Assembly: GCA_951406725.2 (NCBI GenBank)
Contig: OX597826.1
Coordinates: 83,762,001 to 83,826,000, forward strand
DNA: 64,000 bases
Source of the DNA: Octopus vulgaris
Taxonomy: Eukaryota
Direction of reading: 5' to 3'
A program made the translations under genes and the position numbers. Of the stretch, positions 1 to 13,140 are shown piece after piece. Numbering within the stretch: the stretch's first letter is position 1; each line of letters starts with the position of its first letter. The notes under the pieces are model-generated. The model saw only the letters and a list, made by a program, of their open reading frames with translations. It ran no database searches and was not told the origin of the DNA.

Positions 1-232
1 CAACCTGGATGGGTTCCCTGCATATAGGAATGGAACAGGATGGTCACTGCTGGAATGCTTTTGATCACAAGTCTGCTCAATCAGAGCTGACCTGGGGTTA
101 AATAACAACAATTATCACAGTTGTGAGCCAACAAAGCAGCCTGTACAGAGTCACTTGACCTGCTAGAAATAGCAAGCAAATTTTCCTCAAATCCCATCTT
201 ACAGTGTCTTGAAAATAGAGTACACATTAAAG

Positions 233-507
233 CAGTGATTTTCAACCAGGGTCCATATAAGATTTTAAGGGCCCCTGAAAAAGATTTGCTTTAGATGTAT
301 GTATTGGTCTGTATTGCAAGAAACAGCTGGGTTTCTTTCTCTGACCTTTTACATGGTTCAACCTACACAAATTAATGTGAGAAAAACAAAGTATTTTGAA
401 AGGAGTTTCTATAAAACCAGTTTTTAGACATGGAATGGCTTTGGGGGTCAACCGGAATAAAATAGTAGTCAAAGGGGTTCACGATGACAAATGGTTGAGA
501 ACCCCTG
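233..507. mobile_element. hAT-type MITE
   Basis: Imperfect TIRs cagtgatttttcaacc / ggttgagaacccctg. 8-bp flanks cattaaag / cattaaac (7/8 match, TSD). Confidence 0.75.
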
Positions 508-748
508 CATTAAACAATGTAATTGTTTTATATATACCAAATGATGGGTTGGTCATGGATGGAATGCTTTTGATCAGTGTTGCCTATCACAATTACCACC
601 ACTCCCACCTCAAGCACTAACTGCCATTAGGATCAGTAGCAGCAGCTTTGCCAACATTATTATTATTATTATCCTAAGCAGCTGTTTAAGCCATCACTTG
701 AAGCCAGCTGACAGGAAAGAAGACACTGATGCTGCTGTCCATCCAAGA

Positions 749-810
<62 letters not shown>

Positions 811-1028
811 CTCTCACTCCACCGCCTCCATTATCAATCCTTACAAGAGAAACAGAGACAGGCAGGCAGCACTGGAATGTTTGATCCCCTGCACAGATAG
901 AAGGAGTGTCACCCAAAGGAGTGAGCCAGTCCCTTCTCTGTTATGCTTAGGGACCTGCTGTTTATCTTCTCAGCTTTCACTTCTAGTTTATCTCTACTTC
1001 CCTCCCTCACAACCCCAGCTCACTTCAC

Positions 1029-1062
<34 letters not shown>

Positions 1063-1683
1063 TCTCTCTTTCTCTGGCCTGCTGCCCTACCCACCACCAC
1101 TGCCCTCTAAACACTTGTAGCAGAACCATCACCTAAAGCATCCCATGTCAGTGACCCCCTAATTACTTTAAGACACAACAACATTCTTCTCAAATTCCAC
1201 ATTCCCAAAATGCAGGAACCAAGAAAACCAGGCAATTGTCATAGACCAGGTTTATAGCCAAACACCAACATTATACACACACACACATTCTTTTATTCAT
1301 TAATTCTTTTGCTTGTTTCAGTATATATATATATATATATATATGCGTGTATATATTCTATTCACAAAGTGTTAGCTACAATAAAAGACATTTCTTCAAG
1401 GTGTTGCACAGCAGCATCAAACCTAGGATCACACGGTTGCAAAGGGAGCTGGGTTTTTTATTTTAGCTATACCACCAGTGAAGTGGTCAAGGCTGGAGAA
1501 CATCTGATTAGAATTCATTCAATCAAACCTGACCTGGGGCTAAACAACAACAACAGTACTTGTTTAACCTTAAAAAAAGCATAACAAGGAGAAGAAAGGG
1601 ACAAAGTGAAGAACTCTTTGAGTTGCACAAAACTTGCAACAACAAAATTTGAGAACATTGAACATGGTCCGTATGGCTCTACT

Positions 1684-1714
<31 letters not shown>

Positions 1715-1770
1715 CTATTATTATTATTAATTATTATCATTATTATTATCATTACTATTATTATTATTAC

Positions 1771-1812
<42 letters not shown>

Positions 1813-2014
1813 CATTATAAGGTACATGTTTATACTCCGTGTATGTATATATTATATGACAGAACTTGGGATATTCAATAGCAGTAAAAATTGTGTATAT
1901 GTATGTATATATGTGTCCTTTACTTCTGTCATATATATACATATATTATATATGTGTGTGTGTATGTATGTATATTTACATATATATAGCACTCTCAGGC
2001 ACACACACACACAG

Positions 2015-2046
<32 letters not shown>

Positions 2047-3179
2047 TAAAATATATTTGTGCATAGATATATGTTTACATATGAGAGAAAGAAAGAGAGT
2101 GTGAGGTAAAGAGTGAGATGAGAGGCTGAGAAAAGGATACACCTTTTAAAAAGTAAAAAAAGAAGAAGACAAAAAACAGACAAGGAAATCACGAAAAACA
2201 ACAATAAGCGATTCAGCTCAGATGAGATGCTCCACTCTGTCAGCTTTCTTAATGTTTATTTAACAAGAAACCATTATCAACAACATCATCATCATCATCA
2301 TCATTGGTAGCAACATAATAATAATAACAATAACAACAACATAAATAATAATAATAATAATAAAGAGAGTTCTAACTGTTGCAAACCATCCGCATCAACT
2401 AAGAAGAAAACTAGAAAGAAGAATTCTTGCACAGATGGCGTATTGGGTTGCATGAGTTGTGGCACTTGTTAAATCATCAATAGATACGCATACATACGTC
2501 TACTTATACTCACACACACATGCACACACATGCACAATATACATTATGCATGCATGTGGGTGTGTGCAGACACACATATATACGCATATTTCATTACCTA
2601 TAAAAGCAGACACAGATGATGTCATACATATGCATGCAATGAGACACAAACACACACACACACACATATATGTATGTGTGTGTGTGTGTTCAGTAAAGAA
2701 TCTTCTCTGAGTTGTGGAGACCAAGAGAAGCCTAAAGTAATATGTGGTAGAGGTGGAGATGGTGGTAGTGGTGGTAGTACTTGTGGTTGTGGTGATGGTG
2801 GTGGTGGTAGAGTGTTGCCAGTAAACTGCAAAAGGGTATTGTGTACCCAGGGTTGTATTTCTGGATAAACAGATTTCACAGAATATAATATAAACAATGG
2901 TAGAAATGAAGTGAAACCACAATGGAGATGGTGGCGGGGTGGGGGTGTTGATGCAGGAGGATTAACAAGGGGTTATAGGGGTGAGGGTGTTGTTGCTATC
3001 TGGGTAGGTAATGGGGGTATTGTTGTTATCTAGGTAAGTATATGTGAGGATCAAAGAGACACACAAGGAGAAGTATGCAAGAGGACTTTGAAGTGTGTGT
3101 GTGTGTGTGTGTGTGTGCATGCGTGTAGCACTTATACAAAGTGCTGATGTATTTCATCTCCAAAGAAAACATTGATTCT

Positions 3180-3238
<59 letters not shown>

Positions 3239-3267
3239 CACGCACATATATATATATATATATATAT

Positions 3268-3468
3268 GTAGGTCCCGGGTTGATTCGGGGTTAACCACAG
3301 TAAGTAAGGTACTCAATACATAGCAGAGTAAAATTAATTTATTATATAGAAGGAGCTTCTACAGGACTAGTACTGTTTCATTCAAGAGAAATCTTCAGGA
3401 AGCTTCCTGAAGATTTCTCTTGAATGAAACAGTACTAGTCCTGTAGAAGCTCCTTCTATATAATAAAT
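3268..3468 (-). mobile_element. Penelope-like non-autonomous insertion: 132-bp perfect palindrome plus 3' extension, inside (TA)n
   Basis: 3337-3402 is the exact reverse complement of 3403-3468. About 69 extra bp (3268-3336) lie on one arm only. (TA)n on both flanks. Contains a hammerhead core. Confidence 0.75.
3401..3451 (+). ncRNA. Minimal type-I hammerhead ribozyme motif (identical copy on the minus strand at 3354-3404)
   Basis: agcttc-CTGAAGA-tttc(tctt)gaat-GAAAcag-tactagtc-ctgTA-gaagct. 6-bp stem I, 3-bp stem II, 4-bp stem III. Predicted cleavage after GUA at 3445. Confidence 0.75.
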
Positions 3469-3484
3469 ATATATATATATACAA

Positions 3485-3645
3485 TGGGCTTCTTTCGGTT
3501 TCCGTCTGCCAAATCCATTCACAAGGCTTTGGTCAGTCCGAGGCTATAGTAGAAGACACTTGCCCAAGGTGCCATGCAGTGGGTCTGATCTCAGAACCAT
3601 GTGGTTGGTAAGCAAGCTACTTACCACACAGCCAATCCTTCGCCT
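3485..3645 (-). mobile_element. tRNA-derived SINE (CORE-like), 5' half
   Basis: Minus strand has an A-box-like tggctgtgtgg, a degenerate B box and CORE-like ccttgggcaagtgtctt. Same family as 12140, 29116 and 34140. Confidence 0.8.
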
Positions 3646-4656
3646 ATGTGAGTAAATTTCATTTGAAGCCTCTATGTAGTTGTTTGATCAGCCTGTAATA
3701 GCAGCCAAATATCCTTTAAATCACACCATGCCATCTTAGAAAGGAAAGAACATGTTGAATGGTTTGGTCTGTTTAGGCAAAGCTGACCCTGGGTTAAACA
3801 ACAACAGCATGAACATTGTAGTTGTGGCTAATTAGAAGAAGTATTGATACTGCTGATCCTGAGGGCATGAGTTCAAATGTGTGCCAGGTGTTCTATTGTG
3901 TTTCTGGGCAGAACATTTTATTCTACATGACCCCAGACCTTACCACTTGGTCACCTGATAGAATCTGATAATGCAGCCCAGAAAGAAGCTGATGACTTAT
4001 CCAGGAAACTATCTCAAACGTTTGCTTAATGCCAAGAAATCTAATCTTAGAACTGCCCTTTAAAATCTTATTTAAAGCTTAGGTGTGTGTGTGAGAGAGA
4101 GAGAGAGAGAGTGAGGTGGGGGAGAAAAAGAACAGATAAATTCTTCCCCCAAGTGGACTTCCTCAAACACAAACCTTGATGTAAAAAATTTTTTTTTAAA
4201 TGTGGATGAGATTTCTTTGATTATATTTCTACTTAATGAAGGTTAATTTGTGTCTAAGCAACATCTACAACCACTCTGATACCCTCCCCCAAAACTTCAT
4301 CTTTCAGTCACCAAAACCTAATCTGTAGAAGATAAAAGAACTTTCTGATAAATGGTCAACCCCTCCAGAATCCTGTCCTTGTCCATATTTTTCTGGCAGT
4401 TATCATCCTGCAATTGTTCAAAAACAATGACCAATGCATCAACACCATCTGTCAGGAGGGGAGGGCCTGTGAGGGCCTGTGAGGGCCTGTGAGAGTCTGT
4501 GAGGCCCATGGAAACATTGTTGTTGTTATTGTTAATACAACAATGGAATAACAAATATGTTAATACCTGATGAAGGGATTATGTTAGCTTTAAACTCTGA
4601 GATCAAGCTGTACCATAGATTAACTTCATCTTCCATATCCATGGAATTAGCAATAA

Positions 4657-4689
<33 letters not shown>

Positions 4690-5519
4690 GAGAAGGGGAG
4701 AGGGAGAAAATTGATCCCAGTATTTGACACTTTATCAATTCCAGAAAAGCAAAGGCAAATTAAAACTTGGTGTGACTTGAACTCAGAATGCAGAGACTTG
4801 GATCAAGTAAAAGCTCAACTTATAACACCCTCCACCCACCCCCACCGCCCCACTTTCTCTATCAGAATTAATCTTTAAGATAATGATTATTTCCCACAAT
4901 ACAAACGTAAGTGTCCTTATATTAAAAATCATTTGGCTCGTTACATGAAGTCTGTTAGCACCGAATGAAGTAATGCCATTGATTCTCAATACCTGTTTGA
5001 TATCTTTGACACTGTCCCCAGACAGGAAGTGATCAATCAGAGAGACTTACTTCTGGTCTTAGACTCTCACAAGAAGGAAAAAATATATATATATAAAATA
5101 GGAAACATAAAAGAATAAAATAAAAACAAGTCAGTGCAGCAACCAAAACATGTTGGTGGTCTCAGACAGGATCGCCCCCCCCCCCACCGCCATCTCCTTC
5201 TGCTTGTTCTGGAAGAAAGAATTACATTAAAGGGGCAGAATATTCAAAAATACAAAGCCTAGGGAAGAAGAAGAACCACAACTACAATGACAATAACATC
5301 ACCATGGTGATGAGGATGGTGACTGGTGGGCATGAGAGAGATACAACAATAACAGCAACAACAACAACAAAGTGGCTGATGTCTTTTTCTTGGAGGTGGT
5401 GGGGCTGGTGGTGGGAAAGGGTCTTTTGACAGATTTTCTTCTGAACCAGATTTCAAAATAGAAAGAGAGGGGTGGGGGGAGAAGATGTAGCTTTCATCAT
5501 CATCATCATCAACTAGAAG

Positions 5520-5703
5520 AATGGTTAGGACGCTGGGCAAAATGCTTAGCAGTATTTCTGAGTTCAAATTCCGCTGAGATTGGCTTTACCTTTCATCCTT
5601 TCGGGGTCGATTAAATAAGTACCAGTTATGCATTGGGGACGATGTAATCGACTTAATCCTTTTGTCTGTCCTTGTTTAGTCCCCTGTGGGCAATAAAGAA
5701 ATA
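5520..5703 (+). mobile_element. tRNA-derived SINE with Meta/MESC-like central domain
   Basis: gagttcaaattcc B box, central cctttcatcctttcggggtcgat...aagtaccag, tail cccctgtgggcaataaagaaata. Domain name is from recollection. Confidence 0.8.
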
Positions 5704-6629
5704 AAAAAATCATAATTATTATTATTATTATAATTTTTCCCTCGCCTTCTTTTAACCATTCGTCTTCACTGCGTAACAGAGTGCAGCTCTGTGCACTTTG
5801 GTTACATAGAATTTTCCCCTATGGCTTTCTGTTTCCCAGAGTCCTTGTTTTTCTATAGTATTATGTAATAAAGTGTTGTGAGATTAACGGTGCCATTTTC
5901 TGTATGTTCTAAGGATCCCTGTACATTTGACAACTACCTCATTAGGCCACAATGTTGAATTTATTTCTAGCCACAGGAAAAAGGGTCATGTGCAATGCAT
6001 AGCATTTAAAGGATGATGTAACTCACAGTTCGGGTTTAATACGTGCCATACGAGTTAATAGTATTCCATGGAGATAACATACAAAACTGTACAGTTGTGT
6101 TTAAAGTGAAAGTGTTATTCAGTATCATGCATGTTATGTAGGGATCAACGCAGGGTTCAGGTATACAATAAGAGCAGCACTGAGAGATTGGTATTCTGTT
6201 GGTAGTTAAAATACCAAGATGAAGAATATTACTAGTTAAGACAGGTACAAGATGTTGTGTTAATTAGTAGTAAATTACAAATTAAAAGGTGATCCCCCCC
6301 CCCGACCTTCAGACAGAATGTCGCTAATACAAATGCCATCAGTTCACTGTTAAGGCATACTGTGTTACAAAGCTTAACACTTGTAAACTGTAATGCTAAA
6401 TAAAAAAATAACCGGTCGTCCAGATATCCAGCAGACTATTATTAATAAAGTGTTATTCTAAATAAATGAGATAATTTCAATAAGAAGTCTGTAGACATGT
6501 TTCTGAGTGTGTGTCTAGATACACACACACACACACACATGTATATAGTAGATAGATAGATAGATATACATATATATACACATATATATGCATATATATA
6601 TATACATATATATATACATATATCTATAC

Positions 6630-6676
<47 letters not shown>

Positions 6677-6737
6677 TATATTATATTAAATTAGAGACAA
6701 AACCACTATTAGGCAAATCCCTAATATTATATATATA

Positions 6738-7363
6738 TGTATAATTATAATAATAAGGGTTTTTTGCAACAAGTTGCTTAAACCAGATACCGACAATTTT
6801 AGAAATAGCAGCCAAAAGACTACTATTTCCTTTTACTACAAAAATGAGTCTCCACAGACAACAATATTTGTAACTCACATAAGGCAAAAAATAATGAAAT
6901 CACACAGTCTTCACTTGTCTATATAAATGTGGATATGCTGATTAGCTTTTATATTTTTCGATGTCGCTTGATCGAAAATATAGGAGATAATATTCCTAGC
7001 ATTTCTAGATTTATAGGAATATTATGTCGATAAAGGAAACGAGTCTTATGATTCTAATCCAGAAACGTACGTCCATAATTAACTGAAGACTGTTTGATTT
7101 CATTATTTTTCTTCTTTTTTTGCCATATGTGAGTTACAAATATTGTTGTCTGTGGAGACTTATTTTTGTAGAAAAAGGAAATAGTAGTCTTTTGGCTGCT
7201 ATTTCTAAAATTGTCAGTATGGGGTTAAGCAACTTGTTGCTAAACCCTTATTGTTATAATTATATAAATTTTTACCAAATATGGTCCTTTTCCATACCAA
7301 AATACTACTAGGTGAAATTTGTTGATTTTATTAAATTAATTATATTTCACCCTATATCTGTAA

Positions 7364-7365
<2 letters not shown>
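6738..7365 (+). mobile_element. Penelope-like non-autonomous insertion: ~180-bp inverted repeats, degenerate hammerhead, ~100-bp 3' extension, inside (TA)n
   Basis: ~6738-6915 is an imperfect reverse complement of ~7082-7266 (both yield the MPYVSYKYCCLWRLIF pseudo-ORF). Spacer contains attatg-TCGATAA-...-GAAAC-gtac-GTC-cataat (7021-7079). Confidence 0.6.
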
Positions 7366-7401
<36 letters not shown>

Positions 7402-7787
7402 TGGCACTTCGTTGGTTATGATGACGAGGATTCCAGTTGATCCAATCAATGGAGCAGCAGCTTGCTCATGAAATTAAAATGAAAGTGGCTGAGCACTCCA
7501 CAGACACATGTGTACCCTTAACTTAGTTCTCCGGAAGATTCAGTGTGACACAGAGTGTGACAAGGCTGGCCCCTTTAAAATACAGGTAAACCAGAAACAG
7601 GAAGAAAGAATGAGAGAAAGTTGTGGTGAAAGAGTCCAGCAGGGTTCCCCACCATCCCCTGCTGGAGAATCATGGATCTTTAGGTGTTTTTGCTCAATAA
7701 ACACTCACAACACTCAGTCTGGGAATCGAAACTGCGATCCTATGACCATGAGCCCACTGCCTAACTACTGGGCCATTGTGCCTCCAC
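7402..7787 (-). mobile_element. tRNA-derived SINE (third family)
   Basis: Minus-strand head tggcccagtagtt...gtttcgattccc (A and B boxes). Body shared with 38205-38522. Confidence 0.75.
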
Positions 7788-7796
7788 ATATATATA

Positions 7797-8019
7797 TTAG
7801 GTTGGTGCATAATTATTGTGGCTTTTTTTTTCAATAAACTTTATTCAACAAAAACAATAACAGCATTTAACAAAAACATTTTTAAATGATTATTCTGGAG
7901 CATATTCATCATCTACTTCAATTTCTGCTTGGTGTTTTGTTTAAATTGGCATTTTGGTTAAATTTTTTGTTGAATAAAATTTATCAAAAAAGATCCACAA
8001 TAATTATGCACCAACCTAA
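7797..8019. mobile_element. Mariner-derived MITE
   Basis: TIRs ttaggttggtgcataattattgtgg / ccacaataattatgcaccaacctaa flanked by TA. Subterminal regions are also inverted. Confidence 0.88.
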
Positions 8020-8680
8020 TAGATATTTTATATATATATATATATATATGATGATATATATAAATGCATAAGCATATATATATGTATATATACATGCATA
8101 TAGATGTATGTATGTGTGGCTGGATGTATATATATATATGCGATGCAGCCATGTCCTATTCCTGTATAAGCAGCAACAGATGCAGTACATACATCCGTAT
8201 GTATTCATCGTGTTAATCTCAACACCATCTTTTTTAATTGGATTTACTCTTTTTTGTTATTGTTATCATCATCATCATCACCATCATCATCACTACTGTT
8301 GCTGTGCTTATTTGACTTATGCTTTGCTCCACTTCCCCTACACCTCCTCCCCTCCTACAAACTTCTTTTTTCCTCCTCCCTTCCTTTCTTACTTTCACTT
8401 TTCATCGTTCCCCCACCCACCACCCCACCCCCACCCGTTATACCATTACCTCAACTCGGCTGGCAAATCTCCAAGAGATTCAATCATTGGTTACAAGTTG
8501 TTCTCTCTCCTCTAAACTTGTCCCAGAAAGCATCAACACTTCTCAAGACTTTCACACAAAACACCCGACTCCTTCCTTCTCTTCCACGAAACAAACTCAA
8601 AAAGCAGAAAAAAAGAGAACTTCATCTGCTTCGCTGTTTGATTTCTTTATTTTTTTCAATGTTTAATTGTTTTCTTATGT

Positions 8681-8721
<41 letters not shown>

Positions 8722-8914
8722 GTTTGATATTTCTTTCTAAGACAGAAGAGAAATGAGATGCTGTGATATTCATGCCTGTCTCGGGAGCATCAATAACAAA
8801 GAGGAATAAACTTGTTGCTGTTGTTGTTGTTTAACACCAGGTCAGCCCTGATCCAACAGACTTGTCATCAAGAGAATTCCAATCGTGGCCATCTCATCGT
8901 TTCCATCTCTAGAA

Positions 8915-9175
8915 CAGTAATTCTTACCTGGGGGTCTACCTGACCCTTTCGGGGCCCATGTAGGATTTTGGTGTTAAAAATTTATCAGCAATAAACTTCT
9001 TGTAGTTTTACAAAACACAAAATATTTTAATGACTTTTTAAATACAATTCCTTAAAAGATTTAATTATAAAATAAAATTAAAATAATCTTTTAAACATGA
9101 AATGTCCAGGAGGGTCCAGTAGAGTAAAACATGAACCAAAGGGTCCACAGGTAGAAAAGGGGTTAACAACCACTG
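8915..9175. mobile_element. hAT-type MITE
   Basis: Ends cagtaattcttacc / ggttaacaaccactg. 8-bp flanks ctctagaa / atctagaa. Confidence 0.65.
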
Positions 9176-10634
9176 ATCTAGAACAACCACTGATCTAGAA
9201 CTACATTCTTCAATATGTCTTTCCTTTCTCATTGTTGATTCCCCCCACACCCCAGTCAGATCTGATCTAACATACCCCATGTACAAAAACATTCCAACTG
9301 TGACCTTCTCAACTTGTTTTTGCAGACATAACACATATAACATGTCATTCTCTTTATTGACCCTCGAGTTAGACAATTTTAAAAGAGGAGCATAAAGCTG
9401 ATTCAGTCAGCTCCCCAGTACATTACTGGTATTTATCAGCATAGAAGAGAGAGAAAGCAATATCAATCCCAGCTGGATTTCAAATCAGAACTAAATACTT
9501 CCAAAACTGGATTATAATATCAATAATAAGATTAACACTTGTGCTTCAGAAGAGGGAGATTTCTCTCTGCATGAAACCAATGGTAGCCTTGTTAATCTAC
9601 AAATAAAGAATATTTATCTACCACTGATTGTTGAACACTCATTCTCACTGTTCAATACAAGCGTGTGTATATATATGTGTGTGTGTAGATAGATACATAC
9701 ATACAGGGATGTCTGTGTAGCCAAGAAGTTCAATGAGCTTTTGAAGCTGATTTGACTACCATTTCTTGCAAGCTGAAATCCTCACATGGAAGCTACTTCA
9801 TTGACTCATAGGAGTAAAGTGTGTATTATGTAGACAGGTGAAAGTGAAAAGAGGAATTGGTGAACATCTGGGTTTGTTTTAGAAACAAGGAAATCACTAT
9901 CATCTGGGACTCCATCAACCTGGCTCTTGGCATCTCTCCAGACTCTCTCTCTCTCTCTCCATCCACACAAATGTGTACGGGATGTTTTCTCTTCAGGATG
10001 TTTGCTCTTTGCAAAGGGTTAAACAAATACAAAAGGATGGTGAGGTGGAGGAAAAATAAGGAAAATGGAAAACAGTTTTTAAAAGAACAAATTCTAAACC
10101 CTTAGCCTTATTAATCAGAATGGGATCTTCGCATCTTGTGATTATTGTATGCATCTTATGTAAACAGTACAACATACACTCTCTCTCACACACACACACA
10201 CACCTGAGAGAAGGGCTGAAACCAAAACAATAAATCAATCAAATATAACAATGGAAGCACACACATGCATGCATGCACACACACACAGATGCATCTTTTA
10301 TCTTTTCTCTAGCTCCAATCATTAGACTGTGGCCAAATGGGAGCAACCGTCTTAAAAAATCTTGGTCAAGCGAATTAATCCCAGTTCTTAATGTTTCTCT
10401 TTCTTATACCTTGTATTACTTATGCCACCCTGACTGTTCATTGTGGGTAAGCCCTCACTCTCTTGTTCCAACTGTCTCTCTAACTCTCTCCCAGCTTCAT
10501 CTTCTTCCTCTTCCTGTAGCACCCAAGTATCCCCTCGACAGTAAAAGGGCAACCTCTGTCCTTCTGTCAAACTCTAACCTCTCAGTTCCACTCCTTTTCT
10601 CAGATGACGGGGTCCTTGTCTTGTGAGCCCATGG

Positions 10635-10811
10635 GTGCTAGTGCCATGTAAAAAGCATCCACTACACTCTGTAAAGTGGTTGGCATATTAGGAAGGGCAT
10701 CCAGCCATAGAGACTATGCCAAAACAGATAATTGAAGCCTGATGTAGCTCTCAGGCTTGTCAGCTCCTTTCAAATCTTCCAACCCATACCAGCATAGAAA
10801 ACGGACATCAA

Positions 10812-10842
<31 letters not shown>
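10635..10842 (+). mobile_element. RTE LINE 3' UTR fragment with (GAT)n tail
   Basis: ggaagggcatccagcc...cccataccagcatagaaaacggacatcaaatgatgat matches the 3' UTR attached to the RTE ORF at 14070-14387. Confidence 0.75.
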
Positions 10843-10844
<2 letters not shown>

Positions 10845-11344
10845 CATGTGCCTTAAACGTGTTTCCCAGGTAGAACCAACATGGCACAGTGTGTGAATGA
10901 CCAAGCTGCAGCTTTTGTGTCAAAGCTACAATTCACCTGATGGGCTTCTATGTAGTTTCCCTGGACCAGTCTGAGGAGGCCAAAGAAAACCTAAAATTTG
11001 ACTAAAATCTCACAAATTTAGATTAAATCCAGACCTTGTGTTTGTGTAGGGAGCTTCTTAACCATTTGTGTGTGTGTGTGTGTGTTATGAGAATGCATTT
11101 TGGGCGCAAAATGTTCATTAGTTTTAGAAAAACCCGAACTAATGAATCAGGGTTTGAAATCAGAACTCTGCAATAATGTGTGTGTACAGGTGTAAGCATA
11201 CACACCCACAAACATACACACATGTGCATATGTAGATACACACAAAATATGCATATGCACATACAAACGTGCACATAGATAGATGGATGGATAGATATAT
11301 AGATAGATGATAGATAGATGGATGGATGGATGGATGGATGGATG

Positions 11345-11380
<36 letters not shown>

Positions 11381-13140
11381 CGGATGGATGGATAGAGAGA
11401 GAGAGAGAGATAGATAGATAGATAGATAGATAAACAGGCGGCAGACAGACAGAGATAGAGAGGGTTTTGTATATGGATGGAAATAGATTAATTGACAATC
11501 TATAAATATAATTAGCCTAACGCATGAGTGGGTGTGTTCTATTTATTTGATTGTTTCGGAATCCACACACACACCCACACAACTACACAAATTTATATAC
11601 ACACACAAATATACACACACCTACACAAGTATACAGATTCACCTTCACATACATTCTACATTTGCATGTACCCATATAAATATACCCCTATGGATTAATT
11701 ACCTTCTCAGTTGACTGGCAATAACGGTTAATAAGTGTGTATGGCGCGATCTTTTATTTTTCTTTCGTAAACCAAAGAATATCACTTACCAATTACCTCA
11801 CTTCATCTTTTCTACATTGTTTCGCAGACTGTTTGCCAAATAAAAGACTTCAGAATATAACAAACATGTTTCCCAAACCAATACAGGCATTTAAATACCA
11901 AAAATAATAAAACCTGTCAACATCCTCTCAGAGAATTTGAGAGGTTTTTAAGGCGGTATCCCAGTTTGGAAAATGGCAGAAAGAAAAAACTGACTTTTCA
12001 TAAACAAATAAAATATGCAATAAAACTTGGTTTTAAGGCATAAAAAAAGTTATTTTAAATTCTTTAAACTAGCAAAGACATTCCTGGCTCTGAGTAGTTT
12101 TCAGCTAGTTTTTAGGAATAAGAAATAGATTTTATATATGTGCTTCCTAAGCACATTGTTCTGGGTCCAGTCCCACTGTGTGGCACCTTGGGCAAGTGTC
12201 TTCTACTATAGCCTTGGACTGACCAAAGTCTTGTGAGTGGATTTGGTAGGTGGAAACTGAAAGAAGCCTGTCATGTGTATGTGAGTGTCTGTGTTGATCC
12301 CCCAGCACTGCTTAACAACTGGTGCTGGTGTGTTTACATCCCTGTAACTTAGCAGCTCAACAAAAGAGACTGACAGAATAAGCAGCAGGCTTAAAAACCA
12401 AAGGTACTAGGATAGATTCATTTGACTAAAATGCTTCAAAGCCCCACTCACAAGGCCTTGGTTGGTCAGCAGAAAACACTTGCAGTGGGACTGAACCTGA
12501 AACCAGTTGGCTGAGAAGCAAACTTCTTACCACATGGCCACTCTTGTCCTTCTGTGTCCCAAACAAATAAAAAGGGACCAAATGTGCATCACTTTCAACA
12601 AAGAATTTTCCAGTTGTTTCATCAACTGAACTCAGCTGGCTGAGTATCCCTCAGACTTAGACTGCCATCTGAAGGTCTTCCGTGTAGTTTCTGTCTCACA
12701 AAATTCACTCACAAGACTTAGGGCTTACTTGAGGTTATGGTAAAAGAAACTTGCCTAAGATGTCATGCTTGGAAATTATAATATTGACCAGAGAGAACAA
12801 CATGGTTAAGAGTTCAAATGTTATGCACTCCAGGTTGCAACACACAACTCTTATTTTTTGCATTTGGAAGGAGGGTAATATTGATTTTAAAATTTTGACA
12901 CAAGGCCAGCAACCTTGGGGGACAGTGTAATCCAGCAACCCCAGAATGCAACTGGTACTTATTTTATTGACCCAGTCAACCGCAGTAGAATTTGAACTCA
13001 GAACGTAAAGATGGATGAAATACCACTAAGCATTTTGTCTGGTCCAGGAACAATTCTGCCAGGTTGATATGATTTCAAATTTCAGCACAAGGCCAGCAAT
13101 TTTGGGGTCAGTGGGGTACGTTGATTACATTGACTCCAGT

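Noticed and set aside
3985-4028. CTGATGA...GAAAC...GTT hammerhead-like spacing
   Set aside because: Stem II is only 2 bp, stem I is out of register, and there is no inverted arm; could be chance or a very decayed copy.
4561-4605. CTGATGA-aggg...cttt-AAAC-tctgag hammerhead-like string
   Set aside because: Lacks G12, a proper NUH site and stem I.
5773-5805. Hairpin gtaacagagtgca...tgcactttggttac in a non-repetitive stretch
   Set aside because: Single imperfect hairpin with no ribozyme core, second copy or diagnostic context.
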